Assembly: GCA_963730185.1 (NCBI GenBank)
Contig: CAVSQW010000009.1
Coordinates: 1 to 64,000, forward strand
Source of the DNA: an uncultured Gemmatimonadales bacterium
Lineage (GTDB): Bacteria > Gemmatimonadota > Gemmatimonadetes > Gemmatimonadales > GWC2-71-9
DNA length: 64,000 nt
Reading direction: 5' to 3'
The first letter of the stretch is position 1. Every line of letters begins with the position of its first letter. The translations under genes were made by a program, and so were the position numbers. Below, one piece after another: positions 11,718 to 20,729 of the stretch. The notes beneath the pieces are model-generated. The model saw only the letters and a list, made by a program, of their open reading frames with translations. It ran no database searches and was not told where the DNA came from.

Positions 11718-11837
11718 GGTGGGGCTGGGGTGTCCGGCCCGGAGGGCGCGTCGGGCGCCCCCCCGTATGCTCCCCCCAACCCACCCGTTGCAGGGCGGAC
11801 TTGAGCGCCCGGAGCGGCCGGACACCCCAGCCCCACC
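11718..11837. repeat. ~120-bp fold-back repeat, copy 2
   Basis: GGTGGGGCTGGGGTGTCCGGCC...GGCCGGACACCCCAGCCCCACC. Confidence 0.9.
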
Positions 11838-11845
11838 CAACGACA

Positions 11846-11881
11846 TACATCCCTTGCGGCTATAGCCGGTGTGGATATAAT
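11846..11881 (+). promoter_or_regulatory. sigma70-type promoter (TTGCGG-N16-TATAAT) overlapped by tandem imperfect palindromes (candidate PadR operators)
   Basis: TACATCC-N5-GGCTATA (11846-11864) and TATAGCC-N5-GGATATA (11861-11879). TATAAT at 11876-11881 lies 8 nt before the PadR ATG. Confidence 0.6.
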
Positions 11882-11889
11882 AGAAGCGC

Positions 11890-12249
11890 ATGACCCCTGC
11901 CCGCGACCCCGACGCCCTGCTCCCCCTCCCGCCCGTCACCTTTCACCTCCTGCTCTCGCTGGCCGACGGCGACCGGCACGGCTATGCCATCATCCAGGAC
12001 GTGGCCCGCCGGACCGACGGCGCGGTCCGGCTGGGGCCCGGAACCCTCTACCGGTCCATCCAGCGGATGCTCGAGCAGGGGCTGGTGACGGAACCTCGAA
12101 CCCGGCCCGCGCGGGCGGACGACGACGAGCGCCGCCGCTACTACCGGCTCACGCCGTTCGGGGTGAGCGTGCTCCAGGCCGAGACCAACCGGTTGGCCGG
12201 CCTGGTCCGGATGGCGCGTGCCACCGGGCTCGTCCCCCGGAAGGCCTGA
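11890..12249 (+). CDS. PadR family transcriptional regulator
   Basis: [18 protein letters not shown]...[12 protein letters not shown]...[11 protein letters not shown]. Confidence 0.9.
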   Translation: MTPARDPDALLPLPPVTFHLLLSLADGDRHGYAIIQDVARRTDGAVRLGPGTLYRSIQRMLEQGLVTEPRTRPARADDDERRRYYRLTPFGVSVLQAETNRLAGLVRMARATGLVPRKA

Positions 12250-14833
12250 TGCGCCTCTATCGGGCGTTGCTCCGGCTCTACCCGGCCAGCTTCCGGCGGG
12301 AGTACGGCGAGGAGATGACCGCCGTGTTCGTGGCCCGGCGGCGGGAGGCCCACGGTCCGCTCGCTGCGGCGGGGCTCTGGATCGGCGCCGTCCTCGATAC
12401 CCTCCGGAGCGCCGTCCCGGTCCACCTCGACCTCCTCCGCCAGGATCTCCAGTACGTCGGCCGATCGCTCCGCCGCGCGCCCGGCTTCGCGCTCACGGCC
12501 GTGCTGGTAACGGCGCTCGGGGTCGGCGCCAACGCGGCCGCCTTCTCGGTGACGGACTACGCCCTGATCCGCCCCCTTCCCTTTCCGGAGCCCGGCCGGC
12601 TGGTCAAGCTCTGGCAGCATCCGCCGGGCTACGACGAGATGGAGCTCTCGCCGGGCAACTATCGCGACTGGAAAGCCATGAGCCGGTCGTTCGAGGCGAT
12701 GGGCGCCTACGCCACCTCGGCCATGAATCTGGTCGGCACCGAGCGGCCCGAGCGCCTCGAGGTGGCGCTGGTAACGACTAACCTCTTCCGGGTCCTGGGC
12801 GTTCGCCCCGCGCTGGGTCGCGACTTTACCGAGGCGGACCGGACCCGCGAGGCCGGCTCGGTGATCCTGAGCGATCGGCTCTGGCGCGACCGCTTCTCGG
12901 CCGATCCCGGAGTCCTGGGCCGAGTGGTGCGCCTCGACGGCAAGCCGGTCGAGGTAATCGGCGTGATGCCGCCCACCGTCCAGTTCCCCCACCCGGCGAC
13001 GTCGCTCTGGGTTCCGCTTCGCCTGGCCGAGGCCGACTATCTCGACCGAACCAACAACATGCTCGAGGGCATCGGGCGGCTCGCCCCCGGGGTGACGCTG
13101 GCCGAGGCACGGGCCGACCTGAGTGTGGTGGCGGGGCGGCTGGCGGAGCTCTATCCCGACGCCAACCGAGACACCGGCGCCACGGTCAACGGGCTCCGCG
13201 ACGAGCTGTCCGAGCGCTCCCGGCTCCTCCTGCTGGCCCTGGCCGGCGCATCACTCTGTATCCTGGTGATCGCCTGCGCCAACCTCGGTAGTCTGCTCCT
13301 GGCCCGGGGCCTCGGCCGGGAGCGCGAGCTGGCGGTGCGGACCGCGCTGGGCGCGGGTCGGGAGCGGTTGGTTCGGCAGCTGGTGACCGAGGCGTTGGTC
13401 CTGGTCGGCCTCGGCGGTGCGGTGGGCATCGTCGCCGCCCGTGCCGCGGTGCCGCTCCTGGCCCGGCTGGTGCCGGACGGCCTGCCGCTGGCGGGCGGTC
13501 CGTCGCTCGACTGGCGGGTCCTGGGCCTCGCGGCGGTCGCGACGCTGGTGACCGCGCTCCTCTTCGCCGTGCTGCCGACCCGGCGGATCGGTCGCGGTAC
13601 CGATCTCGAGGCCCTCCGCGAGGGGAGCCGGGCCGGCGGCGGCCGGAAGGAGCGGACCCGGGCGGTGCTGGTGACCGTCGAGATCGCGGCGTCGGTCGTG
13701 CTCCTGGCATCGGCGGGGCTCCTGCTCCGGGCCGATTCAGCGGGTCCAGGAGGTGGACCCCGGCTTCCGGACCGAGGGGGTGCTGACGCTCCGGACCGCG
13801 CTGGCCGGATCGGAGTACGCCCGGGTCGTGGACCGGGAACGGTTCTACGGCCGGGTGCTGACCGAGGTGCGGGCGCTGCCGGGGGTGACGGCCGCGGCCT
13901 ACACCTCGTCGGTGCCGCTGGTCTGGGGTGGCGGGCATCTGGCCGGTGATCGTGAACGGCGAGCCCGACATCAGGGCCCGGGGCAACTCGGCCAGCCTCC
14001 GCTTCGTGACGCCGGGTTACTTTGCCGCCCTGGACATTCCGCTCCGGGCCGGGCGCGACGTGGCCGGGACGGACGGGCAGGCCGCGGGCAACGTGGCGGT
14101 GGTGAGCCAGTCACTGGCCGACCGCTACTGGCCGGGTCAGGACCCGTTGGGCCGGATCTTCACGTTCGGGCTCCGCGAGCGGCGGATCGTGGGCGTGGTC
14201 GGCGACATCAAGGCCCGGGGCCTGGAACGGCCGAGCGAGCCGCAGGTGTATCTCCCGTCGGCCCAGGTGGCCGACTCCAGCCTGATGAACTATGCCCCCA
14301 AGGACCTGGTGATCCGAACGGCCGGCCAACCGGCATCGCTGGTGCCGGCGGTCCGGCGGATCGTCGCCGCGGCGGACCCGACGGTGCCGGTCTCCGACGT
14401 CAGGACCCTGGGCCAGATCGTGGGAGACCAGACCGCCTCGCGCTCGGTCCAGCTCGGCGTCCTCGCGATCCTGGCCTCGATCGCGCTGGTGCTCGCCGCG
14501 GTCGGGATTCACGGGCTGCTCTCCTTCATCGTGGCGCAGCGGGCCCGCGAGATCGGGGTCAGGATGGCGCTGGGGGCCCGGGCGTCGAGCGTGGTGGGCC
14601 TGGTGCTGGGTCGGGCGCTCCTCCTGGCCGGCGTGGGCAGCGCCGTGGGTGTGGTCGTGGCATACCTCGCCGCGGAGGCCATGCGGGCGGTGCTGTTCGG
14701 GGTGCCGGCCGCCGATGCCGTGACCTTCGCGGCGGTGCTGGGCCTCTGTCTGACCATGACCGTCGTCGGGTGCGTCGTGCCGGCGGTTCGGGCGGTGCGG
14801 GTCGACCCGATCGTGGCGCTTCGATCCGAATAG
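12249..14833 (+). CDS. ADOP-family duplicated ABC (MacB/FtsX) permease (frameshifts ~13733 and ~13933)
   Basis: [77 protein letters not shown] and C-terminal [11 protein letters not shown]. Confidence 0.85.
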
Positions 14834-14919
14834 CGAGCGGCTGGTGCGGAGGAATGGTTCTCACCCGGCTCGGTGACCGGCCCAGGTTGGTGCGGTGCCA
14901 CGAGCGTCCGTCCCGCCGC

Positions 14920-16080
14920 TCACGATCGACCTGCCCAGTTACTTCCGGTCCGTCTGGGCCGAGTAGGAGCCGGGAACGACAAGTCTCCCGGATCCTCGGC
15001 GGTGAGCAGCCGCATCAGGCGCGGATTGATGAACAGCTTCTCCCGTCCGGCCTTCACCTCCTCCAGCACCCCGGCGGCCGCCAGCTCTTTCAGGTAGACC
15101 GCGGCCGTCTGGCGCTGGGCCAGCCCCGCCTCCACCACGTTCTTGATCCGACAATACGGTTGGACGAACACCAGCTCGATCAGCTCCCGGCTGTAGGTTG
15201 CGCTCGTTCGCGCTCGCACGTAGTCGGCGGTCTCCTGCATCAGCCGGCCGATCGCTCGGATCCGGTCGGTCGTCCACCTTGCCGTCTCGTCCACCGCGCC
15301 GAGGACGTAGAGGATCCAGTCCTCCCAGGCTCCGGCGGTCGTAACCGAAAGCAGCAGGCGGTAGTAGTCCGGCTTGCGCCGGATGATGGCCCGGCTCAGG
15401 TAGAGGACCGGCAGCTCCAGGAGCTCCTGCTCGACCAGGAACAGAAGGTTCAGAATCCGTCCGGTCCGGCCGTTGCCATCGGTGAAGGGGTGGATCGCCT
15501 CGAACTGGTAGTGGGCCACGGCCATCCGGATCAGCGGATCCAGGTCACGAGCGTCGTGAAGAAAGCGCTCCCAGTTGGCCAGGAGCCGCCGGAGCAGAGC
15601 CTCGCCCTCCGGCGGCGTGTACACGACGTCGCCGGAGCCCGCGTTCGTGAGCTTCGTCCCCGGCACCCGGCGCACGTCGAGATCCACGCCGAGCAGGGTG
15701 CGGCAGACCTCGACGGCGGTGGCCGTCGTGAGCGGCCTCTGCTCCAGCAGCGCCATCCCTCGTCGCAGGGCCGCTCGGTATCTCAGCGCCTCTTTGGTCG
15801 CGGGATCGGCCGACGCCTCCTGACCGGGTTGCGCGTAGCGGAACAGCCGATCGGTCGTGGTGACGATGTTCTCGATTTCCGAGCTGGCCCGGGCCTCGAG
15901 CAACGGGATGGTGTTGATGAGGACGGCCTGGTTGGGCAGGAGGTGGCCTGCCTGCTTGAGCTCCGCGATTGCTGCCCGGGCTTCGATACAGGCTTTGAGG
16001 ACGGTCCGGCCCTCCAGATCCGTCTGGGGCGGAAGCCGAGGGAGATCGTTGTAAGGCCTTGTGGGATCGAAGGTTGCCAT
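14920..16080 (-). CDS. Fic family protein adenylyltransferase (class II, with N-terminal inhibitory motif)
   Basis: Catalytic HPFTDGNGRTGR, inhibitory SSEIEN [(S/T)xxxE(G/N)], PYNDLP N-terminus and C-terminal HTH-like region. Confidence 0.9.
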   Translation of the reverse strand: MATFDPTRPYNDLPRLPPQTDLEGRTVLKACIEARAAIAELKQAGHLLPNQAVLINTIPLLEARASSEIENIVTTTDRLFRYAQPGQEASADPATKEALRYRAALRRGMALLEQRPLTTATAVEVCRTLLGVDLDVRRVPGTKLTNAGSGDVVYTPPEGEALLRRLLANWERFLHDARDLDPLIRMAVAHYQFEAIHPFTDGNGRTGRILNLLFLVEQELLELPVLYLSRAIIRRKPDYYRLLLSVTTAGAWEDWILYVLGAVDETARWTTDRIRAIGRLMQETADYVRARTSATYSRELIELVFVQPYCRIKNVVEAGLAQRQTAAVYLKELAAAGVLEEVKAGREKLFINPRLMRLLTAEDPGDLSFPAPTRPRRTGSNWAGRS

Positions 16081-16443
16081 CGGTAGCCTGGAAGGGATCA
16101 CCGTGTCCAGCACCGGTCGTTCGAATCGACAGGTCGGCTCAATATGTCGAATAAATGGCGATCTGTCGACATATGGCCTGCGGCGGCCTCTCGCCGGAAC
16201 TCCATCGCTGCCCAGGCTCGGGCCGCCAACGAACCGAAGGACGCCCCTTCTTCTATCAGAGTCACGCTACGGGCCTGGGCGCGGGGATGGGCCATCTCAC
16301 CAGTCGCGACGGCGACGTCACCGAGATGATCCAGGAGTTCTGGTGGGCCAACGGGGTGCACCAGCGAACCAAGCACCGCACCGCCGCGGTGCCGGCGAAC
16401 CCACGCCCTGCGGGCCACGCCGGTAGCCGATCCGACAGCTCAG

Positions 16444-16920
16444 CTATCCCGCCCCCTCGTAGGCCGCCCGGATCCAGGCCACGACCTCCTCGTCGACGTC
16501 TCCCGGGTCGGCCAGGCGGACGCGATGGGAGACCATCCCATTGAAGCTCCCGGCATCCTCCAGTCGTCCCTCGGCCCGGACGCCCGGGAGATTCAATCCC
16601 AGATCGACCCGGGTCTTGGTAGAGACTTGCACGAGTCCGAACTGCTTCTGGCGTCTGAGGCTGACGTAGCTCTTCTTGGGTGCGATCTCGGCGTCCTTGC
16701 CAAGCGCCCGTACCTGCTTGATCACGGACTCGTAGATCGGACGGAGATGCGCCTTCTGCGGCGGGAACTGAGCGTCGACCAGCGACGCGTCCCCAACCAC
16801 GGACGAGGCCGCGCCACCCTTCTGGAAGGAATGCACGATCAGCTCGTCCAGTGAACGACCGGTCTTCGCCGGGAGATTCTCGAGCATCGTACGCAGCTGA
16901 TCGTCCGGGCTGACCGCCAT
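16444..16920 (-). CDS. DUF5655-like protein with shortened DUF4287-like N-terminus
   Basis: NLPAKTGRSLDE...LRPIYE...APKKSYVSLRRQKQF...RVDLGL...SHRVRL...DVDEEVVAWIRAAYE, with an AGGAGG RBS upstream. Confidence 0.75.
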   Translation of the reverse strand: MAVSPDDQLRTMLENLPAKTGRSLDELIVHSFQKGGAASSVVGDASLVDAQFPPQKAHLRPIYESVIKQVRALGKDAEIAPKKSYVSLRRQKQFGLVQVSTKTRVDLGLNLPGVRAEGRLEDAGSFNGMVSHRVRLADPGDVDEEVVAWIRAAYEGAG

Positions 16921-16959
16921 GTCTCACCGTCCTCCTTTCGGCTCTCGCCTTCGTGCTCG

Positions 16960-17590
16960 TCAGGTCGGGTCGATCCTCCTGATGACGATCCGTCCCCCGT
17001 GCGCCACGTGGGGCGACGCGGCCGCGATCCGTTGGGCCTCCTCGTAGGATGACGCCCGCACGATGAAGAAGCCAGTGACGACGCCCAAACCGCTGGAAAC
17101 GAGCGGTGAGCTCGCCGGTACCGATCCGCCGACCGCCCCGGTCGGCTCGATCACCCGCGCGTCATCGGTGAGCTTGTCCGCCAGCACCAACGACCGGGAG
17201 TCGTCCAGCGTCCGGGCCCAGGCCGCGTATTCCTGCACGAGCTCCGCTGGGCTCGAGCCCTGGGCCCGGTACTCGGGGCCCTCGTAGAGCAGCAGCACGA
17301 AGCGCGACCGGCCGTCGACCGCCGCGGGCCTCTCGACCGCGGGCTCGCCGCTTCTGGCGCCCCCCCACCATCCCAACCCGCCGCCCACGACCAACGCAAA
17401 GACCAGGCTGGCCACCAGCCGGCCCCTGGTGAGTCCAAACGGAGCCGTACGGGCCTCGCGGAAGCTCAGGACACCGGCGTTCCGTCAGACGGTCGGCAAC
17501 GGCTCCCCGGAGTCCCGGGGGCGGCTCGGCCTCCCGAGGCACGCTCTCCATCCACTCCCGCTCCTCCGGCGTCAGGTCGTCTTCCCTCAT
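16960..17590 (-). CDS. putative anti-sigma factor: short cytoplasmic N-terminus, one TM helix and a C-terminal YciI/DGPF-like domain (frameshift ~17470)
   Basis: MREDDLTPEEREWMESVPREAEPPPGLR, TM segment LVFALVVGGGLGWW, and FVLLLYE...EYAAWA...GFFIVRASSYEEAQRIAAASPHVAHGGRIVIRRI. Confidence 0.6.
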
Positions 17591-17642
17591 GGCCGTTCCT
17601 CGATCTCGGCACCCCGCGACCGACCGCGTGGGTTCACCGTTC

Positions 17643-17705
17643 GTGCCTCGACTCTCCTCAACGTTGCACCGCCCTCGATGCAACCGAGTGGCTCCCCCCG
17701 GACAC
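17643..17705. promoter_or_regulatory. divergent pair of ECF-type promoter motifs
   Basis: Minus strand TGCAACG-N14-GGCAC (17668-17643); plus strand TGCAACC-N15-GACAC (17679-17705). Confidence 0.65.
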
Positions 17706-17751
17706 GGAGTCGGGAGAAGGTAAGCCTCATCCTCCGACCGGAGCCCCGCCC

Positions 17752-18423
17752 ATGTACCGCACTCGGCACGTCGCCTCGGTGGCCGTCCTTCTGGCCCTCT
17801 GGCCTTGCACCACCCTCTCCGGCCAGAGCTCGGACGCCGGGAGCGCGGCCCGAGCGCCGCTCCTGCCCAGGGCGAGGGAGATCGCTCTGGCCAGAAGCGC
17901 GGCACCACCCGAGGTGTCCGACAGCGCCACGGTCCTGGTGCTCGTCCGGGGCGAAGGGTTCGTGGTCGCGGAGCAGGGCACGAATGGCGTGCGCTGCCTG
18001 GTCGACCGATCCTGGCCCGACGCCATCGAACCGCAATGCTTCGACCCCGAGGGAGCCCGGACCATCCTGCCGGTCCGCACCCGGGAGATGGCGCTTCGGG
18101 AACGGGGGCTCTCGAAGGCATCGATCCAGGCCGACATCGCGGAGGGGTATCGGACCGGCCGCTTCGTCGTGCCCGCTCGCCCGGCCGTGACCTGGATGAT
18201 GTCCGCCGGCCAGCTCCTCTTCAACGACGACGGCGCCCGGGTGGGAGCCTGGAAGCCACACCTCATGATCTACTACCCCTTCCTCACGGAGGCGGACTTG
18301 GGCCTGCACGGCGGGGCGCCGGCCAACGGTCCCATGCTGGCGGACCCGGGAAGGCCGACGGCCAACCTGGTGATCGTCCTGCCCGACTTCGTGCCGGTCC
18401 GGTCCGGGGGAGAGGCGCGTTAG
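17752..18423 (+). CDS. secreted hypothetical protein
   Basis: Signal peptide; EIALARSAAP..VS..ATV...GTNGVRCLV...PQCFD...PHLMIYYPF. Confidence 0.75.
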   Translation: MYRTRHVASVAVLLALWPCTTLSGQSSDAGSAARAPLLPRAREIALARSAAPPEVSDSATVLVLVRGEGFVVAEQGTNGVRCLVDRSWPDAIEPQCFDPEGARTILPVRTREMALRERGLSKASIQADIAEGYRTGRFVVPARPAVTWMMSAGQLLFNDDGARVGAWKPHLMIYYPFLTEADLGLHGGAPANGPMLADPGRPTANLVIVLPDFVPVRSGGEAR

Positions 18424-18433
18424 GTGGAGCATC

Positions 18434-18969
18434 CTACTTCCCCAGCGCCCGCCGCAAGGCGGCCCGCGCCCGCGACAATTGGCTCTTCGAGGTTCCCGAC
18501 GCGATCCCGAGCATCTTCCCGATCTCGTCGTGGGTATAGCCGTACACGCCGTAGAGCACCAGCACCGACCGGAACCCGGGGGGAAGCCCTTCGATGGCCC
18601 GGGTCACGTCCACGGCCAGACCCGGGGTTTCAGCCACCCCGGCCGTACCCAGCTCCACCACCTCCCAGTCCGCCCCGCCACGGGCCCGTCGCCGGACTCC
18701 TCGCGCCACACGTTCACGACGAACGCGCCCAGCCAGGTCGAGAGGCTCGACTGCCACCGAAACCGACCCAGCTGGGGCAGGGCACGCACCCACGCCTCCT
18801 GGACGATCTCCGCGGCCTGCGGCTCGTCGCCCGCCGAGAGGCGGAGGGCCAGCCCCATGAGCTTCGGGGTGTGCCTTCCGTACAAGAGGTCGAACGCGGC
18901 CTCGTCCCGTCCCCTCAGGAAGGCGTCGACCGCACCCCGATCGTCCGGACCGTCAGGGGCCACACTCAC
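18434..18969 (-). CDS. ECF RNA polymerase sigma factor (frameshift ~18710)
   Basis: Region 2 AFDLLYGRH...AAEIVQEAWVRA...FRWQSSLSTWL and region 4 AIEGLPPGFRSVLVLYGVYGYTHDEIGKMLGIASGTSKSQLSRAR. Confidence 0.85.
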
Positions 18970-19043
18970 CCCGGGCGAGCCATTGCGTCATGCCTGCTCC
19001 TCGCTTTTCGTCGGTTCAGTCGGTGTCCAGGCACCCCCGCTTG

Positions 19044-19107
19044 GTGTCTGGTGTGCCCCGGAGGTTGCATCGGGGCCGCCCTGCAACCGCATGCCAGCGA
19101 TGGGCAC
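19044..19107. promoter_or_regulatory. second divergent pair of the same ECF-type promoter motifs
   Basis: Minus strand TGCAACC-N14-GACAC (19069-19044) facing the sigma gene; plus strand TGCAACC-N14-GGCAC (19082-19107). Confidence 0.65.
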
Positions 19108-19181
19108 CCAGAGATGTGAGGGACGGACTTCAGGAGGACCATGGATCAGAGACTGAGGCCTGGCCGGTCGATTCTCGCAGA

Positions 19182-19748
19182 CTAGGGCCGGTGGTGTGAC
19201 TCCAGAAACGCGACGGCCTCGTCCACCATCACCTCGAAGTTGGTCGAGCCGTCGAAGTAGCGGAGGCCATGGCGCTCGCACGCCGAGGCGAGGTCCTCGC
19301 TCGTGGCGATACCCGCGCGGACCTCGTCGAGGATGGTGGCGTCGTCGTGCTCGCTGAGCCAGTCGTTGGGAAGCCCGGCAAAGCGGCGGATGTCCGCCAG
19401 CTTTCGAGCTGGCGCGACCCGCCTGTATCCGAGGAAGCAGGCGACGACTTCCCCATCCCCAATCGCTCCGAGTTCCGAGACCTGGTGGGGGAACAGCATG
19501 TCGCCCTCGAAGAGGTAGTCGGTCCCGGCCTCGAGAGCGTTCTCGACCATGGCCCGGACCAGCGGCCACATCACCCGGCCCACCTCCGACGAAGGTGCCT
19601 CCGGATCAACCCCCAAGAACGGAACGGCGCGCGACAGCCCCATCTTGAGCACATCCAGCGACATCAACGGCCACCCGAGGTCGGTTGCCAGCCTCCGGGA
19701 CACCACGCCTTTCCCCGATCGTGTCGCCCCGCCGATCAAGATCACCAT
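19182..19748 (-). CDS. P-loop small-molecule kinase-like protein
   Basis: N-terminal VILIGGATRSGKG Walker A; LDVLKMG and YLFEG. Confidence 0.7.
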   Translation of the reverse strand: MVILIGGATRSGKGVVSRRLATDLGWPLMSLDVLKMGLSRAVPFLGVDPEAPSSEVGRVMWPLVRAMVENALEAGTDYLFEGDMLFPHQVSELGAIGDGEVVACFLGYRRVAPARKLADIRRFAGLPNDWLSEHDDATILDEVRAGIATSEDLASACERHGLRYFDGSTNFEVMVDEAVAFLESHHRP

Positions 19749-19839
19749 TTCTCGTCACCATCTCACCGCGAGCGGTCCAACGAAGCCCGGATCCAAGGCT
19801 GGAACCAAGCGAGGGCCTGGCTGCGTGATCTCAGGACGA

Positions 19840-19957
19840 GTGGGGCTGGGGTGTCCGGTCCGGAGGGCGCGTCGGGCGCCCCCCGGTATGCTCCTGCCAG
19901 CCCACCCGTTGCAGGGCAGACGCAGCGCCCGGAGCGGCCGGACACCCCAGCCCCACC
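19840..19957. repeat. ~120-bp fold-back repeat, copy 3
   Basis: GTGGGGCTGGGGTGTCCGGTC...GGCCGGACACCCCAGCCCCACC. Confidence 0.9.
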
Positions 19958-19972
19958 AAGCAGAAGATCGAG

Positions 19973-20578
19973 CTACTTGGCCTGCTGCAGGTTCCCCCAC
20001 GCCCGGTCGTCGGCCACCAGCCCGACCGCTTCCATCGCCGCCGAGACCTGCTGCCGCATGGCCGTCGCCTTGGCGATCGCGTCGCCCAGCTTCCCGTCCT
20101 GATACTCGGCCACCACCCCGGGCCACGCGGCCTCGGCCTCGGCCTGGATCGCGCGGACCGAGTCCATCGGCATCCCTTTCGGCTGCTTCCGGGCCTTGGT
20201 CAGCCCCTCGATCTTGGTCTTGAGGAGGTCGAGGTTCCGCGGCATCGCCTCGCTGATCGCCGCCCACTGCTTGGTGATCTCCTGCTTCCAGGTCGCCAAC
20301 GTTTTCGCCAGCTCGGCCGCCTGGGCGGGCACGTCCTTGACCGCCGCCGTCGCGCCCGCGAAGTCGTTCTTGGCCAGGTCGTCCTTGGCCGTGGCGACCG
20401 CCGAGGTGAGCCCGGCCAACTTGTCCGGCGCGACGTATCCCGCGTTCGGCCCGAGCGCCGCGACCGCCGAGTCCGCCCCGGCCACGGCGCTCTCCGCCAT
20501 CCGCTTGGCCCCGCCGCACGCGGTCGCCAACATCAACATCGACACTCCACCCAACCGCACCGTCGCTGACATAGACAT
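19973..20578 (-). CDS. helical lipoprotein, hypothetical
   Basis: Lipobox LATAC; Ala/Lys-rich helical sequence. Confidence 0.7.
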   Translation of the reverse strand: MSMSATVRLGGVSMLMLATACGGAKRMAESAVAGADSAVAALGPNAGYVAPDKLAGLTSAVATAKDDLAKNDFAGATAAVKDVPAQAAELAKTLATWKQEITKQWAAISEAMPRNLDLLKTKIEGLTKARKQPKGMPMDSVRAIQAEAEAAWPGVVAEYQDGKLGDAIAKATAMRQQVSAAMEAVGLVADDRAWGNLQQAK

Positions 20579-20729
20579 CCGGCCCCTCCATGGTCCCACG
20601 CCGATGGTCGCCCGCATCCGTCCGCTGCTTCGGGCAGGCCCCGGGAAGCCCCCAGGCCCACCCCGAATCTACCCCCCGCCCGGCCCGAAGCTGGTCCGGG
20701 CTCGAGGGCCCACGGTGAGGTACTCCGTG

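Noticed and set aside
16230..16440. Protein-like fragment (PFFYQSH...EMIQEFWWANGVHQRTKH) on the plus strand
   Set aside because: It may be a gene remnant, but there is no recognisable family or convincing start.
10298..19957. The three ~120-bp repeats as a CRISPR array
   Set aside because: They are too long, are dispersed over kilobases with genes between them, have no regular spacers, and no cas genes are present.
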